NCBI GenBank assembly: GCA_030647355.1
Contig: JAUSIS010000006.1
Coordinates: 253,465 to 317,464 of the forward strand
Origin: a bacterium
GTDB taxonomy: Bacteria > Patescibacteriota > UBA1384 > VFKW01
Length of the DNA: 64,000 nt
Direction of reading: 5' to 3'
In this document: piece after piece, positions 58,400 to 64,000 of the stretch
Layout of the letters: every line of letters begins with the position of its first letter
How positions within the stretch are numbered: position 1 is the first letter of the stretch
The notes under the pieces: model-generated
Seen by the model: the letters and a program-made list of their open reading frames with translations, nothing else
Told to the model about the DNA's origin: nothing
Databases searched by the model: none
Translations under genes and position numbers: made by a program

Positions 58400-58951
58400 T
58401 TAGGTGCGAGAAAACACTTCCTTCCAGATTTGCAACCTTTCGCCGCTTGCCTTCTCCGTAATCATACCCCAATTCATGCCCTTTACCTGTGGTCCGGTGG
58501 TTCGAGTTAGGATATTACCATGCTTGTCTTGCCAGACCTGGACACTCACGACATAGCAAGGCGTATACACAATATCCCGGTTCTTCCCTATGGTTGCGAT
58601 GACCGATGGGGTGGGGGGGATATTGTCATAGATAGGCTCTTTCCCGTATTCCGTTGATCCGAAGGGGAAATTCCTGACTCGGTTTGAAGGAGTCAGGATT
58701 TCATTCCCGAACCTATCTCTCCTGAGTCGCACAAGTGACCAACTTGTCGGATAGCTTACTTTCTTCGCGTCGCTGTCAACTGACACAATTCGCCCAGCTA
58801 CCGGTCGTTGATACATCGCAGAGGACGAGTTAGCAGTAATAGCAGCCCATACTATCAACATGGGGTACACTAGGCATAGCAGGTACAAAGACCAATGTCC
58901 CTGTTTCATCTGAATTCCTCCCAAAACAAGTAGTCGGTATTTCAAGCTCAA
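58400..58951 (-). CDS. Hypothetical membrane-anchored protein
   Basis: 183 aa, N-terminal TM. Confidence 0.3.
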   Translation of the reverse strand: MSLKYRLLVLGGIQMKQGHWSLYLLCLVYPMLIVWAAITANSSSAMYQRPVAGRIVSVDSDAKKVSYPTSWSLVRLRRDRFGNEILTPSNRVRNFPFGSTEYGKEPIYDNIPPTPSVIATIGKNRDIVYTPCYVVSVQVWQDKHGNILTRTTGPQVKGMNWGMITEKASGERLQIWKEVFSRT

Positions 58952-59087
58952 CCTGTATGCTAGCGCATTACAGGTTAAAAGTCAAGTGCTTGAGTGAGTA
59001 CGGAACTCGAAAATGACCCAATATTCTTTGAACAATTAAGCCTAAAAACTTGGAACACCTCATTACAAAAACAGGCCTCAATGAGTA

Positions 59088-60221
59088 CTAGCGGCGTTTT
59101 AAGAAATCAATATATTCAGGATCTAAAAGATAGCGTCTAATTATACATCTGATAAATTCCCTTATTCTATCGTTTAGATCAGATCCATTTAACCCTTCAG
59201 TATGAAATTTATCCATGATTTTCTCAATGTTGCTATATTCACCATGCGCGATACTAGATCTAAGATTATAAATTTGCCTAAGCAACTTTTCTGTCTCTCT
59301 CAAATCTGCCTTTTTATTTTCTTGATAATAAACATCAGCGGTTTTAAGAATAAACTGTTTGCTGATCGAATCTTCTGCATTATATCGTTGGTCGGGATTA
59401 TGGGTCAGCATCAGCTCAATAATACTGACTAGCATTATTAATTGAAGATTCCAATCCAAAGTGGAATGAAAAAACAAAATTTCACCGATATACTTGAACC
59501 TTTTTTCTTGATCAGGAAGTAGCTTTTCTAGCTGTCCCGCATAATATTTCAGCTTAGGTAGTTTTAGTATAAGCTTGTCGCCATCGGTTTCTTCTTTAAA
59601 CAACTTACTCAATTCTTGCACATTGATCGAAGGATAAACATCTGGTGGCATACCAGCATCATATGCCTCTCCTTCTATAGGCGTGCCACTGAAAAAAATA
59701 GGTAAAGCAAAAAAATCATTTAAGACTAAATTTAAAAATTCTAAGTAAAAGAGAACATGAGTTTTCTTGACCGACGCTACAGTATCTTCGTCATAGTCAA
59801 CATCTGGACCAAAAGCATCATAACCCAATGGATGCTTCGAAAAAACCTCCTCATATAATTCCTTAGAGACATCGAATCGCAATATGACCCATTTCTTAGC
59901 TAGGGCTTCCTGAAATGATTTGAGGCTTTTCAAAGAATTCTTAGGCAAATTTTTCCTAGCAAACTCTTGGATTGATTGGTCGTTAAAATCTTCGTCAGTA
60001 ATTTTATCTAGACAACGAACAATACAATCAATTTCATACCCCTTCGGATTATCTAATTCAATCCTGTGGTATTTGGATAAACTGATTTTTGCAATATTCC
60101 CAAAGCCACTCAATAACAGAGATCGAGACATTTTATTAATCTCCATATCCTTGAAGGCAAAAACTAAAGCAATAACTGATACTTTCAACCACAGCATAGT
60201 TCTTTTTTTCTTGGCTGACAA
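59088..60221 (-). CDS. Hypothetical protein
   Basis: 377-aa ORF, N-terminal signal/TM. No motif recognised. Confidence 0.3.
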   Translation of the reverse strand: MSAKKKRTMLWLKVSVIALVFAFKDMEINKMSRSLLLSGFGNIAKISLSKYHRIELDNPKGYEIDCIVRCLDKITDEDFNDQSIQEFARKNLPKNSLKSLKSFQEALAKKWVILRFDVSKELYEEVFSKHPLGYDAFGPDVDYDEDTVASVKKTHVLFYLEFLNLVLNDFFALPIFFSGTPIEGEAYDAGMPPDVYPSINVQELSKLFKEETDGDKLILKLPKLKYYAGQLEKLLPDQEKRFKYIGEILFFHSTLDWNLQLIMLVSIIELMLTHNPDQRYNAEDSISKQFILKTADVYYQENKKADLRETEKLLRQIYNLRSSIAHGEYSNIEKIMDKFHTEGLNGSDLNDRIREFIRCIIRRYLLDPEYIDFLKRR

Positions 60222-60254
60222 CGGGTGAATAAGTTTTAATAATGAGTAAAAGTC

Positions 60255-60437
60255 TTCTGTGGACTCAGGGAGATTCGAACTCCCGACCTCAATCCCTCAC
60301 CCTTTAATTGGTGGACCGTGCCGAATTCGAATCGGCGACCTCCACAATGCGAATGTGGCGCTCTAGCCAACTGAGCTAACGGCCCATGAAAGGGTGAAGG
60401 GACAAATGTAGCGCTCTACCAACTGAGCTATGAGCCT
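60255..60437 (-). other. Split tRNA-like sequence whose 5' part (60386-60437) and 3' part (60255-60308) flank the tRNA-Ala(CGC) gene
   Basis: The 5' part has an acceptor-like AGGCTCA plus a canonical D-arm GCTCAGTTGGTAGAGC. The 3' part has T-arm GGGAGTTCGAATCTCCC plus acceptor 3' strand TGAGTCC (pairs 6 of 7, G3:U70). The two parts also carry complementary CCCTTCACCCTTT / AAAGGGTGAGGG arms bracketing tRNA-Ala. Confidence 0.3.
60309..60385 (-). tRNA. tRNA-Ala(CGC)
   Basis: Cloverleaf parsed by eye: acceptor GGGCCGT/ACGGTCC with G3:U70, D-arm GCTCAGTTGGCTAGAGC, anticodon loop TTCGCAT, T-arm GCCGATTCGAATTCGGC, CCA encoded. Confidence 0.85.
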
Positions 60438-60506
60438 GGCTTTTCATTTCTTACCTTATATGATAACATAAAAAAAACTAAGCCACAACCAGTTAACCTG
60501 CATATT

Positions 60507-61112
60507 ATGATTGAATATAAAATAGACAAAGACAACCCAAATCCAGTAATTATTCAAAAAGCCGCCGAAGCCATTATTAATGGTAAGGTGGTAATATTTC
60601 CTACCGATACCAGCTATGGCTTAGCCGCCAACCCCATCAGCGAGCAAGCCATCGAGCGCCTATACCTCATTAAAAATGATCTAAAGAAAAAACCAATTTC
60701 GGTAATAGTACGCGACAAGCAAATGGCAAAAAAATATGCCGTCATCGAAAATGAGTCAGAGAAATTCTTTGATAAATACCTCCCTGGATCCGTAACCCTT
60801 ATCTACCCCGCCAAACGCGAGGATTTCTTACCCAATCAAAATCCCAGCTTTAGAATTCCCGGCACCCCATTAACCAACATGCTTTCTGACCTTCTGGATT
60901 TTCCCTACACAGCCACAAGCGCCAACCTAACCCGCTACGAGCCGGCTTATACCCCAGAAAAAATCTATGAATATTTCAAATCCAATAAACCCCAGCCAGA
61001 TATTTTCTTAAACGCAGGGGAGCTAGAAATCAACCCACCCTCCACAGTTGTAGATTTAATAACCACTCCACCCAAAATCATCCGACAAGGACCCACTAAA
61101 ATCGACCTCTAA
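60507..61112 (+). CDS. tsaC: Threonylcarbamoyl-AMP synthase (YrdC/Sua5 family)
   Basis: KVVIFPTDTSYGLAANP...KKKPISVIV YrdC motifs. Confidence 0.8.
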   Translation: MIEYKIDKDNPNPVIIQKAAEAIINGKVVIFPTDTSYGLAANPISEQAIERLYLIKNDLKKKPISVIVRDKQMAKKYAVIENESEKFFDKYLPGSVTLIYPAKREDFLPNQNPSFRIPGTPLTNMLSDLLDFPYTATSANLTRYEPAYTPEKIYEYFKSNKPQPDIFLNAGELEINPPSTVVDLITTPPKIIRQGPTKIDL

Positions 61113-61305
61113 TCTTGTTAAAACCGGCAATTTGCTGTATAATTTAATATATTAAGTGAAACCATTCTTTCTGAAAGACATCTCGGAGCCAAGCGAGCAT
61201 GGTCCCAGCTCTTTCCCAGAAAGGGCTGGGGAGCGAGGCGAGAGTAAGCGCCCCGATTTCGCTGGAAGAGGGGACGCGGTCTTGAAGAAAGTAATAGTTG
61301 AGCAA

Positions 61306-61387
61306 GCCGATGTGGCGGAATTGGTATACGCGCACGACTCAAAATCGTGTCCCGTAAGGGTTGTGGGTTCGAGTCCCACCTTCGGCA
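61306..61387 (+). tRNA. tRNA-Leu(CAA), class II with a long variable arm
   Basis: Acceptor GCCGATG, D-arm GCGGAATTGGTATACGC, anticodon loop CTCAAAA, variable arm TCCCGTAAGGGTT, T-arm GTGGGTTCGAGTCCCAC. Confidence 0.75.
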
Positions 61388-61388
61388 C

Positions 61389-61424
61389 AAATGTAATTAG
61401 CTATCATGATAGCTAATTACATTT
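61389..61424. repeat. Perfect 36-bp palindrome (18-bp arms) immediately 3' of tRNA-Leu
   Basis: AAATGTAATTAGCTATCA|TGATAGCTAATTACATTT. It generates the mirror-image ORFs NVISYHDS on both strands. Confidence 0.8.
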
Positions 61425-61541
61425 GAACGATTATACTGGGACTCGAAGGGAAGTTGAGCGCATCCAGTGGATGAAAAGGCGAACAGCTCTTGTGAGCCGT
61501 CAGCGAAACTCCCAGGCTTCGGAGGAGCTCTGAAAGAGCGG

Positions 61542-61588
61542 GGGAGAAGGAGTCCCACCTTCAACGACGGGAGAAGGAGTCCCACCTT
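61542..61588 (+). repeat. Two direct copies of GGGAGAAGGAGTCCCACCTT (period 27 nt) sharing 12 nt with the tRNA-Leu T-arm/3' region
   Basis: GAGTCCCACCTT occurs at 61371 in the tRNA and at 61549 and 61576 in the repeats. Confidence 0.6.
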
Positions 61589-61654
61589 TCCCGACAACTA
61601 CTACAAAAAATATCTTTAGACTATCACAAAATATCTCAACCTTATTTATGGTAT

Positions 61655-61672
61655 TATATATATATATATATA
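61655..61672. repeat. (TA)9 dinucleotide microsatellite overlapping the sortase start codon region
   Basis: TATATATATATATATATA directly followed by the G that completes ATG 61672. Confidence 0.9.
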
Positions 61673-62433
61673 TGAACGACGATAAACCATTAATTACACG
61701 CAACCAAGCTATTTTCTTAGCCCACCAGTCAAAGAAAAGGAAACAAGAGACAAAAGCCAAGAAAAATTTTCTAATCAGAGAAATTATTATTGTCGTCCTC
61801 ACTTTTACGATATTCTATATTATTGCTAACTATCCGGCATTTTCTGCCATAACCAATTACTGGTTCAATAAACCTCAACCCGTAGTTAAAACGGTGACTC
61901 CCGAGCCAACTCCTATTCCAACTCCAACTCCCGAACCAACACCGGAACCGGTAGTAACCCCCTCTACTATAACTATTCCCAAGATCGGCATCGAGGCCCC
62001 GATAATCTGGGATATTAATTTTGACGCAATTCGGGAAAATTTGAACGAGGGTGTTGTGCAATATGTAGAATCAGCCTATCCCGGACAAATCGGTAATATG
62101 TTCATTGTCGGTCACTCATCCGATTATGTATGGTCTAAGGGAAAATATAAGAGCATTTTTGCCCTTCTACCAAAATTAACTAACGGAGATCAAATAATTA
62201 TTTCTTACAAGGGTAAAGAATATATTTATGAAACATTTAATTACAAAATAGTCGCTCCCACCGATATTAGCGTAATAGAACCAACAGACAACGCAATCGT
62301 CACCCTTATGACTTGCTGGCCGATTGGAACCAGCCAAAAAAGATACATAGTACAGGCAAAATTAATCTCACCAAAACCGAGCGGGGAACAAACGACATAT
62401 CCTTCTATTCTAGGTCTGCCAAAAACTCGATAA
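61672..62433 (+). CDS. Sortase-family transpeptidase
   Basis: N-terminal TM anchor, Pro/Thr-rich linker, catalytic His (FIVGHSS) and TLxTC-type Cys motif (TLMTCWP). The track start at 61648 lies inside the TA repeat. Confidence 0.7.
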   Translation: MNDDKPLITRNQAIFLAHQSKKRKQETKAKKNFLIREIIIVVLTFTIFYIIANYPAFSAITNYWFNKPQPVVKTVTPEPTPIPTPTPEPTPEPVVTPSTITIPKIGIEAPIIWDINFDAIRENLNEGVVQYVESAYPGQIGNMFIVGHSSDYVWSKGKYKSIFALLPKLTNGDQIIISYKGKEYIYETFNYKIVAPTDISVIEPTDNAIVTLMTCWPIGTSQKRYIVQAKLISPKPSGEQTTYPSILGLPKTR

Positions 62434-62447
62434 ACTATATAATATAT

Positions 62448-63122
62448 CTACCTAATTTCTACCTGCTTCACCCGATTACCGTCTGTATATAACAAAGACT
62501 TACCATTATTAATAACCTTAAAAACCGACGGCTCTGCACCAGTCAAACTAACTAACTCAATATCGTTTTGTCCCGACAAATCAATCACTCGTATTTTATT
62601 CTCAATTTGAAATAAAATATGTTTACCATCCCACCATTGATATGAAACAGGATCGGTAAAAAACCTGGTCACCAAACTGTCATTAGCAGTCATCTCTCCA
62701 TTAACAGCATTAATATTCATAGGCAGTACCACATCCTCTAGTGATTTTTTTAGACTCATATCCTTCACTACTTGCGGCGAAGTATCTTTTTTAAAAAAAA
62801 CAATATCCCGAAACTCATATGCCTCGCTTGCCTCTGCATAAAAAGACTTCTTCCAGTCGTGATATCCGTTCTTCTTAATCTTCAATTCCTTCCATCCAAC
62901 TTCTACAAAACCAATCCGATAAGGTAAGTCATCGCCCACCTTCTTATTATCTATATAAATCTCAACATTCTTCTCGTCGCCTCTAAGCAAGATGAGTGCA
63001 GTCGGACGGACTGAAAAGTTAAGCCAATTTACCTTATAACCGCAGGCAGAAATTAAAATAAAACCGGATAAGAAAACAAAAACAGCCACCATCACGATCC
63101 AGAACACGATACCCTTTAACAT
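62448..63122 (-). CDS. Hypothetical membrane-anchored protein
   Basis: 224-aa ORF with an N-terminal TM helix. Confidence 0.3.
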   Translation of the reverse strand: MLKGIVFWIVMVAVFVFLSGFILISACGYKVNWLNFSVRPTALILLRGDEKNVEIYIDNKKVGDDLPYRIGFVEVGWKELKIKKNGYHDWKKSFYAEASEAYEFRDIVFFKKDTSPQVVKDMSLKKSLEDVVLPMNINAVNGEMTANDSLVTRFFTDPVSYQWWDGKHILFQIENKIRVIDLSGQNDIELVSLTGAEPSVFKVINNGKSLLYTDGNRVKQVEIR

Positions 63123-63260
63123 TGTATATCCTTAATACTTAATTACTTAGTACCAATTATACTACTACTTGATTAAACTTTGAAGATCAGGTAATATATA
63201 CTCAGCCACAGAGCCTGTTCGACAGCTGTTCTTGAGACGGCTCTAAGAGGAAGGGAGAAT

Positions 63261-64000
63261 ATGTCTAAATACATTATAGAAGGTGGAAAACCACTCCGTG
63301 GAACAATTTCAATAGGGGGTTGTAAAAATGCTGCCTTGCCGATAATGGCAGCCGCTTTGATTTCTGACGAAAATTCAACTATAAAAAATATCCCCGATAC
63401 ATCAGATGTCAAAATAATGGCGCAAATAATTGCCTCTACTGGCGCTCACATACAGCAAATAGATACAAATACTTGGGAAATAGGTGGGAAAAACATAGAC
63501 ACCTGTACGATTAAACCTGAACTAGCCCGCCAAATGCGCTCTTCCATTCTACTGGTTCCTCCGATTCTCACACACTGCAAAAAGATTGAATTCCCTCATC
63601 CTGGTGGATGCGTAATTGGCACACGACCCCTCGATACTCATTTTGAAGCTCTCCGAGCACTCGGAGTATCCATCACAGCTAATAATAAAAACTATATAGC
63701 CGAGATCACAATACTAAAAGGTACCAAGATGTTTCTCGACGAAGTATCGGTTACAGCCACAGAAAATGCCCTAATGCTCGCCTCAATTTCGCCCGGAGAA
63801 ACAATCATCGAACCAGCCGCTTGCGAACCACATGTAGTCGATCTGGCAAATTTTCTAATAAAAGCCGGCGCCAAAATCGAGGGAGCTGGCACTCATATTA
63901 TTAAAGTCACCGGAGTGGAAAAATTACACGCCGTGCAAGACTATTCAATCATCCCCGACAATATCGAAGCCGGAACATACGCCATTGCCGCTGTTGCTAC
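63261..64000 (+). CDS. murA: UDP-N-acetylglucosamine 1-carboxyvinyltransferase, N-terminal part; continues past the window end
   Basis: MSKYIIEGGKPLRGTISIGGCKNAALPIMAAAL... MurA N-terminus. RBS AAGGGAG. Confidence 0.85.
   Translation, partial: MSKYIIEGGKPLRGTISIGGCKNAALPIMAAALISDENSTIKNIPDTSDVKIMAQIIASTGAHIQQIDTNTWEIGGKNIDTCTIKPELARQMRSSILLVPPILTHCKKIEFPHPGGCVIGTRPLDTHFEALRALGVSITANNKNYIAEITILKGTKMFLDEVSVTATENALMLASISPGETIIEPAACEPHVVDLANFLIKAGAKIEGAGTHIIKVTGVEKLHAVQDYSIIPDNIEAGTYAIAAVA

Noticed and set aside
61118-61597. Overlapping ORFs on both strands (61118-61390 minus, 61156-61416 plus, 61397-61597 minus)
   Set aside because: They overlap tRNA-Leu and the perfect palindrome, as the mirrored NVISYHDS ends show. 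They are structural-RNA or repeat sequence, not coding.
63173-63412. 79-aa minus-strand ORF
   Set aside because: It is antisense to the clear murA start (63261 onward) and its RBS. A shadow ORF.
1-64000. CRISPR array or cas genes
   Set aside because: Searched by eye for regularly spaced direct repeats of 25-40 nt with unique spacers and found none. The only repeat clusters are the tRNA-like R1-R3 and the 27-nt-period pair at 61542-61588, which lack the repeat-spacer regularity of CRISPR.

Overview
The window is low-GC (about 35-38%) bacterial DNA with compact, often overlapping genes. Short rpoA and pheS genes, a sortase, S/T/P-rich surface proteins and a bifunctional PGI/PMI suggest a Patescibacteria/CPR-like organism; that assignment is inference, not shown by the sequence. 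Three parts can be told apart.

Core housekeeping block, 1-24023: secY end, a LysM protein, adk, map, a GT4-like glycosyltransferase, nfo, rsmH, dusB, infA-rpmJ-rpsM-rpsK-rpsD-rpoA-rplQ, rplM-rpsI, rbfA, pheST, a D-Ala-D-Ala carboxypeptidase, rnc, nusB, rpmF, yceD, and a 1175-aa leuS with two extra hydrolase domains inserted, followed by a Nudix gene.

Accessory island of about 25 kb, roughly 24040-49302. It has higher-GC patches and carries:
- three direct copies of a 100-150 nt repeat that begins with a tRNA-3'-end-like TGGTGGACC core, each lying 5' of a minus-strand cargo gene;
- an XRE regulator and a PLD-family nuclease;
- a Vsr / C5-cytosine methyltransferase / putative restriction enzyme module;
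- a 938-aa PHP-phosphoesterase fused to an SMC-like ABC ATPase;
- a LexA-like gene followed by a Ubl, an E2-E1 fusion and a Cys-rich protein;
- a conjugation module: DUF3768-like protein, Replic_Relax protein, coupling ATPase, VirB2/VirB6/VirB3-like proteins, a split VirB4, and an M23 peptidase;
- a large serine recombinase whose 3' end overlaps tRNA-Ala(GGC).

Core block, 49354-64000: ackA-like kinase, gpmI, eno, PGI/PMI, small membrane proteins, an EamA transporter, a tRNA-Ala(CGC) nested inside a split tRNA-like sequence, tsaC, tRNA-Leu(CAA) followed by a perfect palindrome and tRNA-like repeats, a sortase with a (TA)9 tract at its start, and the murA start.

No CRISPR array or rRNA was seen. 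The best candidates for novelty are the PHP-ABC fusion locus, the LexA-like/Ubl/E2-E1 operon, the domain-inserted LeuS, and the tRNA-derived repeat and nested-tRNA structures.
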